A stretch of DNA of 64,000 bases, from contig CAWBAN010000001.1 of the NCBI GenBank assembly GCA_963786935.1, forward strand, positions 1,312,001 through 1,376,000. Direction: 5' to 3'. The notes below the pieces were generated by a model, which had not been told where the DNA came from, did no database searches, and worked only from the letters and a program-made list of their open reading frames with translations. Position 1 is the first letter of the stretch, and every line of letters starts with the position of its first letter. The DNA is from an uncultured bacterium. GTDB taxonomy: Bacteria > Krumholzibacteriota > Krumholzibacteriia > Krumholzibacteriales > Krumholzibacteriaceae. Positions 36,322-46,421 of the stretch are shown in pieces. The translations under genes and the position numbers were made by a program.

Positions 36322-39300
36322 CTAGTAGCCGCTGTAGGAGGACTGGATTCCGCGCGTCCCGCGCTCGTACTTGATCTCGGGATGCGCTTTGATCCTGATT
36401 TCGAAGTAGTACCGCCAATCGCTCCCGGTTCTCTCGTGGACGAAGCTCGCGCTCCAGCAATGGAGGTCGCGCTCGAGCTGATACCGCTGCTGCGTGAAAT
36501 CGCGCTCCTCGATGTTGTAATAGCCGTTGACGGTGAGCTTCCACCCGCGGGAGAGCTGCGCGGCCCCCGTGTACCTGAGATTGCTCTGCATCGTCCGCGG
36601 CGAGTTCTCGCTCCACGCCTCGCTCAGGTTGTATCCGACGCTGAGCGACCAGCCCGGCGATCCGCTCCCGCCGGACGGAATGAGGTCGGGGGACGGCGGC
36701 GGCGCGCCGCTCTTTTCGCCCTCGAGGGACGGCGCGATCCGCTCCCGCTCGGGCAACGCCCACACGGCCGGGTAGGTCAGGGAGCCCCGCAGGGAGAAGT
36801 TGAAATTCATGCCGAAATCGTGCGACAGCATCTTGCCGCGGTACGGCGAGTACCTGCTGTTGAGGTTGAACGACATTAGATTGCCGATACGGAGCTGCGA
36901 CCTGCTCGAGATATCCGAGAACGCCGTGCTCGCGGGGAGCTCGGGATTGTAGCTTCCGGAGACGTACCAGGCGAGGACGTCGCTCGATTTCGTCTCTTTC
37001 CCGCCTCTCTTGAGCTTGAGATCGATCGAGTTGTCGACTCCCCACTGAAACGACTGGGACCGCCGCTGGTCATCGCTCAACTTCGGCGAGATGCCGTAGC
37101 GCACGCTCGGCGTCAACGTGTGGCGGAGGCCGACGAGCGACCCGATGCGCGGGTAGAAGGTCCCGTAGACCTTCGTGCTCATATCGGCGCCGAGGTTCAT
37201 GGTGAACTCGTTCGTTTCCCGGGGACGGCTGGCCGGGCCGTAGAAGCTTTCGTAACCTTCGTTGATCTTGTACGTGAGCAGCTTCGCGTACGCCCAGCCC
37301 ATGTTGACGCTCGGATTGATCCCGAGGAATCCGAGGCGCACCTGCCGGTTGAATCCCATGCCGTAGCCGCTCGTCACCCGCGAGTAGCTGCGCGCCATGC
37401 TCTCCTCGCTCGTCACGGTCGCCGCTACCTTCGGCGTGAACAACACGCTCCCGAGGCCGCGCTCCCAGAGGCCCTGCGTCCCCGCCGCGTGCCGCTCGCC
37501 GAACCAGAGGGACCGCTGGGGAAAATTGAGCGAGAACGACGGCAGCGTCATCGAGACGCGGGGCTCCGTCGGGATGGTCACGTTGAGCTTCTGGTCGCGG
37601 GTCCCCGAGAGGCTGAGACTCGTCCCGTTCCAGCTTTTCCGGTAGCTGGCGGTCGAGTACACGCGCCGGTCGATGAACCGCGTGAGATCCTGCGCCTGGT
37701 CGACCGCCGATTGGGCCTGATCGCTGCTCACGAACTTGAGGTTGCTGGTGAGGCTCGCCGACGGCGAGAAGGTCTGATTGTGTCTCGACTCGAATATCCA
37801 TTCGTTCGACGTGACGTACTTGCTCTGCGTGCCGCCGAACTGCCGCACGTAATCGAGCCGCGCCTCCCCGTCCAGCATATAGCGGATCGCGTAGTTGTTC
37901 ACGAGGTGGAACCGGAGGCTCCGCCGTTCGTTGAAATCCCCCGTCAGGAGGAAGTCGGTGTATTCGTTCGTCGCCCAGTAGTAGCCGAGGCCCTGGACGA
38001 ACCTCCCCTCGCGGCTCCCGAATCCGATGTCGACGTTCGGCTTGAGGAACCCCGAGGCGCGCGTGTGGCGGAGCGAGTTGACCATGAAGGGGAGGAAGAA
38101 GACCGGCATCTCCCCGATGTGGAGAAAGATCGGCCCCGTCACGATCTTGTCGTCGATGTACACCTTCATCCTGTTCGCGTGGAACGAGTAATGGGGATTG
38201 GTGTAATCGCACGTCGTGTAGGTCGAGTTGTAGACCTTGAGCACGTCCTCGCCGACCTTGAATATGTGCTCCCCCTGATAGTATCCCTCGCCGTACTTCG
38301 TCGAGCCTTCGACGATCACGCCCCCCTCGGAATCGAGATCGTATCCCATGTCGTCGCCGAACATCTTCTGATCCTTCTCCTCGAGCACGGGAGCCCCCGT
38401 CGCCTCGAGCAGGTTGAGGCGCGAGTTGTAGTCGATCCGCTTGGCCGTCAGGCTCGAGTTCTGGTACTTGAGATAGGCGCGGCCGTTGAGGAGAACGTTC
38501 TCGGTCGGCGCGAAGTACTCGATCCGGTCGGCGTTGTACTGGACGCGCTGGTTCGACTTCTCGAAGCTCTTGTACGTGAGCGAGCTGTCGATGGAGGCGG
38601 CGAGGCTGTCGATCGTCTCCTGCCGCGAGAGGTTGACGTACTTGTAGAGGCCGGTGGACGCCCCCGATATCTTGATGTAATCGAGCTCCCCCTCACGGAA
38701 GACGAAGAACATCCGGTCTCCGGTCGAGAAGTTGTTCGAGACCTTGGTCGAATCCCCCTCGATCGGGTAGTACATCGACTTCGCGTTCTTCTGGATGAGG
38801 ACGGAATCGACGCGCTCGTTCGAGAGGTAGATGGCGATCGAGTCCCCCTCGATCCACGAGTCCTCCGTCCAGGGAGAACCCGGCCTCGGGGCGTCGGCGA
38901 GGCGGCCGGTTTCGGGGAGCACGATGCGCTCCACCTCGTCCTCGTTGTACCAGAGCAGCATCCGCTTGCCGCTCATGGACGAGGAGCCGTTCCGCGCCCG
39001 CGGATTGCCAGTGAGCTCCGCACGCTGCTCCGCGTCCCGGATGACGGCGGAATCGCAGCTCGCCCTCGTCTCTCCCTTCGCGATCTGCACGTCCCCCTCG
39101 GCGACGCCGATCTTCCGGTCGACGTCGAAGCGCATGATACGGCTCGTGACCGTCCCCCGCTCCTCCGATTTCAGGTCGAAGGTGAGAATGGGGCGATCGT
39201 CAACGACCGCTTCCTTCCCGATCCGGTCGAAGCGGGCGTGCCTGCCCGCGAGCGAATAGTCGTCGACGTCGTCGATGATCACGACCTTGCCGGTGGCGTC

Positions 39301-39836
39301 CGCCGTCTCGCGGTCGCGGTTGTAGACGACCGTGTCGGCGTACATCGTGCGGGTGCTGTCCTGCGCGTTCACGTTGCCGGTCAGCACGGCGATCCGCCGG
39401 TCCCGGTCGTATTTCGCGCGGTCGCAGCGGGCCTTCCATCCGCGATCCGAGAATCGCACGCGGCCGACGAGCTCGAGCGTGTTCGTCAGGCCGAAATACT
39501 CGCCGACGTCGCTCGTCATCACCGCCGACCCGTCGATGACACGGACGCTGTCGTAGAGCACGATGTAGCGACGGAGGGGATAGTGCTTTCCGCGGGCGCT
39601 CGTCACCGTCGTCGTGGCGTGATCGATCCGAACGCCCCCCTCGAGGTATACGACGCGCTCCCCCCCTCGAAGCTCGACCGGAGCCGGGACGACGTCACGC
39701 GGTAGACGGCCGAGTCGGATGCCGCCTGCGCGATCTGTTCGCCCGGCCGCGGCGGCTCCTGGGAATCCGCGCGCGGCGGCCCGGCGGCCCCGAGGAGACC
39801 GAGAGCGGCGAGCACGACGAATGCAGACTGCTTCAT
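36322..39836 (-). CDS. lptD: LPS-assembly protein LptD-like with extended OstA-like N-terminus (frameshift in G7 tract at 39660-39666)
   Basis: YTTCDY..PHY, PVFFLPF, RASGFLKP, ERDLHCW. Signal peptide MKQSAFVVLAALGLL at 39836 joins the main ORF if the G-run is 8 (or 5) rather than 7. Confidence 0.82.
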
Positions 39837-39876
39837 GGCGATCCTGTAGGCCGCGGGCTGCGCGCCCGCGCCGCTT

Positions 39877-40839
39877 TCACGCGCGACGCGCCGGTCGCCG
39901 GCGGCCGCGCAATCCGCCGAGCGCGAGGAGCGAGACACCGATGAACGATGCGCTGTTCCCGAGCTCGGCGGGCACGATCCGCACCGAGGCCATCGCCTCG
40001 TCCATCACGCAGCTCCGCACCGTCGCGCGGGCCGGCTCGAGAATCGAATCCCCCGCGCCCGCTACCCCGCCGCCGATCGCGATCGCCTCGGGCGCCAGTA
40101 TGTGGACGACGTTCGTGAGCGCGATGCCGAGGTACCGTCCCGTTTCCTCGAGCGCCGCCGCGGCGACCGCGTCCCCGGCGGCCGCGGCGCGCGAAATCGC
40201 CTCGACCGTCGGCGGATCGCCCCAGGGGGCGCCCGCTCCGCCGCCCGCACGGAGCATGCCGACCGCCCGATCGACGATCGCCTTCGCGCCGATGATCGCC
40301 TCGAGGCATCCGCGATTCCCGCATGCGCAGGGTGGCCCGTCGGCGATGATGACCGCGTGACCGATTTCCCCCGCGAATCCCGACGAACCCCGATAGAGCG
40401 CCCCGTCGATGACGATGCCGCCGCCGACGCCGGTCCCGAGGGTGAGGCACACGAACGTTCCGAGCCCGCGCCCCGCCCCCCGCGCCCACTCCCCGTACGC
40501 CGCGGCGTTCGCGTCGTTCTCGATGACGGCCGGAACGCCGAGGGCGCGTTCGAAGATGTCCCGAAGCGGCACGTTCTTCCAGCCCGCCAGATTGGGCGAT
40601 ACGTGCAGGAACCCGCGCTCGCCGTCGATGAGCCCGGCGCAGTCGACCCCCGCCGCGACGACCGCTCCGGCGCCCCGGCCGTTGTCCGCCAGCCACGCGC
40701 GCACGCGCGACGCGGCCGCCACGGGACCTTCGACCGCCCTGGTCGGTATCTTTCCCGATTCCCGGATCGAGCCGTCCCGATCGACGAGCCCCAGCTTGAT
40801 ATCCGTTCCGCCGATATCGACGCCGAGAACGAGATCCAT
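39877..40839 (-). CDS. ROK family sugar kinase (glucokinase-like)
   Basis: GVDIGGT, ENDANAAAYGE, LGTGVGGG, GEIGH, CACGNRGCLE. Confidence 0.92.
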   Translation of the reverse strand: MDLVLGVDIGGTDIKLGLVDRDGSIRESGKIPTRAVEGPVAAASRVRAWLADNGRGAGAVVAAGVDCAGLIDGERGFLHVSPNLAGWKNVPLRDIFERALGVPAVIENDANAAAYGEWARGAGRGLGTFVCLTLGTGVGGGIVIDGALYRGSSGFAGEIGHAVIIADGPPCACGNRGCLEAIIGAKAIVDRAVGMLRAGGGAGAPWGDPPTVEAISRAAAAGDAVAAAALEETGRYLGIALTNVVHILAPEAIAIGGGVAGAGDSILEPARATVRSCVMDEAMASVRIVPAELGNSASFIGVSLLALGGLRGRRRPARRA

Positions 40840-40853
40840 GGATATTCCTTTCA

Positions 40854-42179
40854 TCAGAGAAACCGGGCCGCTTCTTCCACCGTGACGTGCGACCCCAGGA
40901 TGACGATCGTGTCGGACGGCGCGGCGCACGAGCGCGCCGTGCGGATCGCTTCCCCGATCCCGCGCGCCACGCGGACGGACGCCGCCCGTCCCCGGGTCGA
41001 TCTGCGCGCCGCTCTGAATATTCCGCCGAGCCGCTCCCCCGGCGCGCTCCGGTCGTCTCCGAGCGGCGCGACGATGACCGAGCGGGCCGCCGCCACGGCG
41101 CGCGCGGGAAAGGCGCCGAGCTCCTTGTGCGCGAGCACCGAGAAGACGAGCGTCGTGCGTTCGGGGGACGACACCCGCCGGACGGTGTCGAGCGAAGCGA
41201 GGAGCGATTCCTCGTTGTGCGCGACGTCGAGAACGATGCGGGGGCGTTCGGCGACCGTCTGGAACCTCCCCGCGAGGAACGCGGCGGCCACGCCGCGCCG
41301 GAACGTCGCCGCCCCGGCCCGCCTCAGCACGCCCGCGTCCTCGAGCATCTCGAGCGCGCGGATCGCCGTCGCCACGTTTCGCGCCTGCGCTCGTCCGATC
41401 ATTCGCGTTTCGAGCGCTCCATAATCGCGCCGCGGCGTGCGGACGCGCACGATCATGCGGGACGCGGAGCAATCAGCGATGGAGTGCTCGACTTCGTCCG
41501 GCACCGAATGGAACGGAGCCCCCGCCGCCGCGCAGTGCGCCGCGGCCTGCGCAATGAGCGGGCGCGGGACAAGGTTCGCCACGAGCGGGACGCCCGCCCG
41601 GACGACGCCGAGCTTCTCGGCGAGGATCGTCCGCTTCGTGCGCCCGAGATGTTCCCGGTGATCGTGCGAGATGCCGGTGATCGCCGTGACCGCCGCGTTC
41701 ACGAGATTCGTCGCGTCGAGCCGCCCGCCGAGCCCGACCTCGAACACGGCCGCGTCGACGCGCCGCTCGAGAAAATACCGGGCCGCGGCGGCGGTGAGAC
41801 ATTCGAAGTAGGTCAGGGGAATCTCCCGCGCCTCCGCGCGCACGCCGCCGATGAGCCGGTCGAGCGCGCGCGAGGAAATCTCCTCGCCGTCGAGGCGGAT
41901 TCGCTCGTGCGGCCGGAAGATGTGGGGAGAATAGAACGTCCCGACGCGGAGCCCCGCCACGCGCAGGACGGACGTGACGTACGTCGTCACGGAGCCCTTG
42001 CCGTTCGTGCCGGCGACGAGGACCGCCGGATAGCGACGCTGCGGATCACCCATCCGCCCGAGGAGCGCGGCGATGTTCTCGAGGCTCAAATTCATCCGGG
42101 ACGGCTTCATCGCGGCGAGCCGCGCGACGTTTCGAAACGGCGCATACCCTTCCCCGGGAACGGATCCGTGCGCGGACAT
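40854..42179 (-). CDS. folC: Folylpolyglutamate/dihydrofolate synthase
   Basis: VAGTNGKGS, YSPH, ERIR, EVGLGGRLDATN, LDVAHN. Confidence 0.92.
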   Translation of the reverse strand: MSAHGSVPGEGYAPFRNVARLAAMKPSRMNLSLENIAALLGRMGDPQRRYPAVLVAGTNGKGSVTTYVTSVLRVAGLRVGTFYSPHIFRPHERIRLDGEEISSRALDRLIGGVRAEAREIPLTYFECLTAAAARYFLERRVDAAVFEVGLGGRLDATNLVNAAVTAITGISHDHREHLGRTKRTILAEKLGVVRAGVPLVANLVPRPLIAQAAAHCAAAGAPFHSVPDEVEHSIADCSASRMIVRVRTPRRDYGALETRMIGRAQARNVATAIRALEMLEDAGVLRRAGAATFRRGVAAAFLAGRFQTVAERPRIVLDVAHNEESLLASLDTVRRVSSPERTTLVFSVLAHKELGAFPARAVAAARSVIVAPLGDDRSAPGERLGGIFRAARRSTRGRAASVRVARGIGEAIRTARSCAAPSDTIVILGSHVTVEEAARFL

Positions 42180-42317
42180 GATCGTGCCCTCTTCCTCGGC
42201 GTTCGCTGCGGTCGCGGCCTCGCATTCGGGAGCGGCCGCTCAACTCCCTGAAAATCAGCGCGATGGTACCAATTCCTCGGGGAAGCAAAAAGAGCTTTTT
42301 TCGACGCGATCGCGCCG

Positions 42318-43154
42318 CTACGCGCCTTCGGGCCGCCGGAGAAACGCGGCGATGAGCGCGCCGAGCGAACGGGCGCCGGCCTCGCCGCCGGCGAGAACGT
42401 CCTCATGATCGGTTCGCCCGCCCGAGAGGGCGGCGGTGTCGTTCGTGATCCAGCTCAGGCAGGCGGCCTCGATTCGCAGGCGCCGGGCCGCGATCAGCTC
42501 GGGAAGCGACGACATCGACGCCGCATGAGCGCCCATGAACGCCGCCACCCGGGCTTCCGCCGCCGTTTCGTAGGTCGGCCCGCCCGTCCAGCAGAGGATT
42601 CCCTTCGCGAGCGGCACGCGCGCCTCGAGCGCCGCCCGTTCCAGCGCGGCCGAGAAGCCCGCCGAAACGAGGGATATCCCGCCGCTCCGCCCGGCCGGCC
42701 CGGGGAGGCCGCCGGGGGGCTCGCGGCCGAGGACGGCCCGCCCCCCCGAGGGAACGGCGACCACGTCGGTCGCGAGCATCCACGAACGCGTCCGCACCCG
42801 CCCCGAGAGGCTGCCCGCCGCGTTCGTCACGATGATGCGCGAGCAGCCCGCGCGCTTCGCGAGCGAGACGGGAGCGGCGAGCGTGTCCGCCCCCGCCCCT
42901 TCGTACGCGTGGAATCTCCCCGCGAAGAAGAGCACGGTCGAGCCCGCGAAGCGGCACAGCGACGCGAAGCCGGGATGCCCTTCGACGGACGTCCGCCCGA
43001 ATCCGGGGATGCTTCCGTAGGGAACGCGGGCGAGCGATTCGACGCCGTCGAGGAGCTTCGAGAGACCGCTCCCCAGAACGACGGCGCAGGAGGCCGCGCC
43101 GCGCATCTCGCGCAGCCGCTCAGCCGCCGAACCGGTATTCCATGATGATCGCAT
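42318..43154 (-). CDS. Purine-nucleoside phosphorylase (start uncertain)
   Basis: VLGSGL, VEGHPG, GRFHAYEG, TNAAGSL, GPTYETAAE, MSSLPE. Confidence 0.85.
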   Translation of the reverse strand: MRSSWNTGSAAERLREMRGAASCAVVLGSGLSKLLDGVESLARVPYGSIPGFGRTSVEGHPGFASLCRFAGSTVLFFAGRFHAYEGAGADTLAAPVSLAKRAGCSRIIVTNAAGSLSGRVRTRSWMLATDVVAVPSGGRAVLGREPPGGLPGPAGRSGGISLVSAGFSAALERAALEARVPLAKGILCWTGGPTYETAAEARVAAFMGAHAASMSSLPELIAARRLRIEAACLSWITNDTAALSGGRTDHEDVLAGGEAGARSLGALIAAFLRRPEGA

Positions 43155-43572
43155 CTTCGTCCGTATCGCTGTAGTACCGGCGCCGCGTGCCGACGTCGAC
43201 GAATCCGTGCTTCCGGTAGAAGGCGCGCGCCGCCGCGTTCCCCTCGCGCACCTCGAGTATCACGCGGGCGGCCTCACGAAACCTTCCGCGCTCCATGACC
43301 GCCCCGAGCATCGCGCTCCCGAGACCGCTCCGGCGACGCGCGGGATCGACGGCGATGCTGAGCAGGTGGAGCTCGTCGCACGCCGCCCACGCGGCCGCGT
43401 AGCCGGCGACGGCGCCGTCGGCGACGAGCACGAGATTGATCGCCTGATCCTTGAACCTGATCTGGGACCTGAACATCCCCTCGGTCCACGGCGTCACGAA
43501 GCTCGCGCGTTCGATCTCCATGACGGGCGCGATGTCATCCGCGGCCATTTCGCGGATCTCCGGCGCGGTCAC
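43120..43572 (-). CDS. rimI: RimI-like N-acetyltransferase
   Basis: GTG start. IERASFVTPW, IAVDPARRRSGLG, LEVREGN, RRRYYSDTDEDAIIM. Confidence 0.88.
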   Translation of the reverse strand: MTAPEIREMAADDIAPVMEIERASFVTPWTEGMFRSQIRFKDQAINLVLVADGAVAGYAAAWAACDELHLLSIAVDPARRRSGLGSAMLGAVMERGRFREAARVILEVREGNAAARAFYRKHGFVDVGTRRRYYSDTDEDAIIMEYRFGG

Positions 43573-44306
43573 GGCGGGCCTCCCCCGGATTTCCGGAGAC
43601 GCGCGGTGTCGGGGAGGCGCGCGTCCGGCGGGCGGATGTAGAGCGGCTCGAGCGAAAAGAGCTCGCGGTACGGGATCGGCTCCCGTTCGAGCGCGAGCAG
43701 CGCGCACAGAGACGCCGAGGGCACCGCCCACCGCGCGGCCGCGAATCGGCTGCCGCGGGGAACGATCGCCTCGAGCTCCGCCCGGTAGCGGAGCGCGCCG
43801 GTGCCGCACACGACGAGGGGGCGCGCCGCCGCGTGCCGTTCGAGGATGCCCCCGACCGCTTCCGGTTTCGCCGAGAACAGCGGCACGGTTTCACGCGGCG
43901 CGCCGGACGCCGTTTCGTAGAGCGCGCCGTACACCTCGCCGCGGCGGGCGTCGATGAGCGTGAGCACGGGATCGGCCGCGTACGGGAACGCCGCGGCGAG
44001 CACCGCGCAGCTCTCGACGGGAACGACGGGAGCGCGGCGCACCGCCGCGAACGCCTTCACCGTCGCGAGCGCGATCCGCAGCCCCGTGAAACTGCCCGGG
44101 CCGCTCACGACCGCGAAGAGATCGACGTCGGCGAGCGCGATCTTCGCCGCGGAAATGCACGCGTCGACCCCCGGCAGCAGCGTCGCCGAATGCGTGTCGC
44201 TCGCGTCGAAGAGTATCTCCGCGAGCACTTCCTCGCCGCGGCACACCGCCGCGCTTCCGCGCCGGTGAGACGCGTCAAGCGCGAGCACGACCGGCGCCGT
44301 TTTCAC
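43569..44306 (-). CDS. tsaB: tRNA threonylcarbamoyladenosine biosynthesis protein TsaB
   Basis: GTG start VKTAPVVLALDAS. HSATLLP, GPGSFTGLRI, IDARRGEVY, LEPLYIR. Confidence 0.92.
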   Translation of the reverse strand: MKTAPVVLALDASHRRGSAAVCRGEEVLAEILFDASDTHSATLLPGVDACISAAKIALADVDLFAVVSGPGSFTGLRIALATVKAFAAVRRAPVVPVESCAVLAAAFPYAADPVLTLIDARRGEVYGALYETASGAPRETVPLFSAKPEAVGGILERHAAARPLVVCGTGALRYRAELEAIVPRGSRFAAARWAVPSASLCALLALEREPIPYRELFSLEPLYIRPPDARLPDTARLRKSGGGPP

Positions 44307-44842
44307 GCGATGCTCCTTTCGAGCGCGTCGAGGAAACCGCCCGGCGCTTCGATCGCGAGCCGGCGGCTCCGGTCGCCCGTTATCTCCATGACGATCCGCA
44401 CGTCCGCGCCGAGGGCTTCGCCGGGAAGCCGATCCCCCCATTCGACGATCACGACGTTCCTGCCGTCGATGGCGTCGAAGAGGCCGATGCGCGCGACTTC
44501 GTCGACGCTCCCGAGCCGGTAGAGGTCGAAATGGAGCACGGGCAGGGCGCCCGCGTACTCCTCGGCGAGCACGAAGCTCGGGCTCGTCACCTCGTCGGAA
44601 ACGCCGAGCCCGGCGCAGATGCCCTTCGCGATGAGCGTCTTCCCCGCGCCGAGCCCCCCCTCGAGCGAGAGCACGGCGCCGGGCGGCAGGAGCGCGCCGA
44701 TCGAGCGTCCCGCCGCGAGCGTCCAATCGGGCGATTCGCTCGCGAACGCGGCGCGACGGCGCTCCCCTTCGAAGCGATCGAGGCGCCGTCCCGTCGCTCC
44801 CCCGTCCTCTTCCGATTCGCGCCGGCCGGGACGCGGAGGCAT
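44303..44842 (-). CDS. tsaE: tRNA threonylcarbamoyladenosine biosynthesis ATPase TsaE
   Basis: GGLGAGKT, VTSPSF, HFDLYRL, IVEWG. Confidence 0.92.
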   Translation of the reverse strand: MPPRPGRRESEEDGGATGRRLDRFEGERRRAAFASESPDWTLAAGRSIGALLPPGAVLSLEGGLGAGKTLIAKGICAGLGVSDEVTSPSFVLAEEYAGALPVLHFDLYRLGSVDEVARIGLFDAIDGRNVVIVEWGDRLPGEALGADVRIVMEITGDRSRRLAIEAPGGFLDALERSIA

Positions 44843-44845
44843 GGC

Positions 44846-46399
44846 CTACCTCGGGGTGAGGGTGACGCACGGGATGATCATCTCGTCGAGTGAGATGCCT
44901 CCGTGCTGAAACGTTCCCATGTACTGCCGCTCGTACTCGTGGAATTTCGTCGGGTAGACGAAGTAGAAATTCTCCTTCGCGAGGATGTAGTTCTTGGCGG
45001 GGCCCTCCGCGGGAAGGTTGTACTCGTTCGGTTTGCGGATGAGCAGCGTCTGCCGCGGATCGCCGTTGATGTTTTCGCCGAATTTGTACCTGAGGTTCGT
45101 CGAGGTGTCCCGGTTCCCGTGCACGAGGCTCGCCCGCGCGCCGAGGATCGAGCCGTGATCGGTCGTGATGACCACGGTCGCGCCGTGCTTCGAGATCCGC
45201 TGGAGGATGTCGAAGAGCGCCGAATGAACGAACCACGAGCGCATGAGCGACCGGAAGGCGCTCTCGTCGGGGGCGATCTCCTGCAGAATTTCGCTCTGGC
45301 TGCGGCCGTGCGCGAGGATATCGAGAAAATTGAACACCATGGACACGAGATCGATCTTCCGGTAGCTGTCGACCTGCTTGCGGATCTCGTTCGCCTCCTC
45401 GATCTCGTAGATCTTGATGTACTTCGTCGCCACGCCGGGGAAACCCGCCCGGCCGAGCTGCTCCTGCAGGAAAACGGACTCGAACCGGTTCTTGCTGAAC
45501 TCGTCCTTCGACCGCTCGAGCCATTGCTCCGGCGTGCGCCGCTGGATCTCGGACGGAAATGCGCCCGCGAAGATCGCGTTCCGCGCGTACGGCGTCGCGG
45601 TCGGCAGGATGGAGTAGTAGCACTCCCGCTCGATGTTGTACGAGGGCGCCAGCAGATCCTCGATCTTGAGCCACTGGTCGTACCGCATGCAGTCGATGAG
45701 GATGAAGTAGACCTTCTTCCCTGCCTTGAGGTGCGGGAGCACCCAGCGCTTGATCACGTCGACGCTCATCGGCGGCCGCTCCGCGCCGCGCATCCATTCC
45801 GGGTAGACACGCTCGATGTAGCGGGCGAAATCGGCGTTCGACTTCTTCCTGAGATCCTGCTGCGTCTGCTCGAGCCCCGTCGCGCTGAAGCGGTCGAACT
45901 CGACGTCCCAGAGGGAGAGCTCCTGATGGATATCGATCCAGCCGCGCCAGTCGGGGCTCGCGTGAAGCTTCCCGTCGATCCGCTGGTACGCCTGCAGGTA
46001 ATCCTTGCTGAGCACGGTTTCCTGGATACGGTGCGCGTCGAGGATACGCTTCGCGGCCGAATAGATCTGGAGGGGATTCACCGGCTTGAGGAGGTAGTCG
46101 TCGATCTTCATGCCGATGGCCTGCTCGACGAGGCCTTCCGCCTCGTTCTTCGTGATCATGATGACGGGCAGGTTCGAATCGATCTCCTTGATCTCCTGCA
46201 GCGTCTCGAGCCCGCTCTTGCCGGGCATCGTCTCGTCGAGGAGCACGAGATCGAACCGCCCGCGTTTGAGCGCGGCGATGCCTTCGTCCCCGCTCGAGGC
46301 GGACGTCACCGCGTACCCCTTCTCCCCGAGAAAGATGATGTGGGAGTTCAGGAGATCGATTTCATCGTCGACCCAGAGAATCCGCTTTTCTTTCGCCAT
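44846..46399 (-). CDS. PorX-like response regulator with PglZ (alkaline phosphatase superfamily) domain
   Basis: ILWVDDEIDLL, LLDETMPG, MITKNE, IDCMRYDQW, SILPTATPYARNAIF, TTDHG, TFQHGGISLDEMIIP. Confidence 0.9.
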   Translation of the reverse strand: MAKEKRILWVDDEIDLLNSHIIFLGEKGYAVTSASSGDEGIAALKRGRFDLVLLDETMPGKSGLETLQEIKEIDSNLPVIMITKNEAEGLVEQAIGMKIDDYLLKPVNPLQIYSAAKRILDAHRIQETVLSKDYLQAYQRIDGKLHASPDWRGWIDIHQELSLWDVEFDRFSATGLEQTQQDLRKKSNADFARYIERVYPEWMRGAERPPMSVDVIKRWVLPHLKAGKKVYFILIDCMRYDQWLKIEDLLAPSYNIERECYYSILPTATPYARNAIFAGAFPSEIQRRTPEQWLERSKDEFSKNRFESVFLQEQLGRAGFPGVATKYIKIYEIEEANEIRKQVDSYRKIDLVSMVFNFLDILAHGRSQSEILQEIAPDESAFRSLMRSWFVHSALFDILQRISKHGATVVITTDHGSILGARASLVHGNRDTSTNLRYKFGENINGDPRQTLLIRKPNEYNLPAEGPAKNYILAKENFYFVYPTKFHEYERQYMGTFQHGGISLDEMIIPCVTLTPR

Positions 46400-46421
46400 G
46401 CGATCCGATCCGTTTCCCCGC

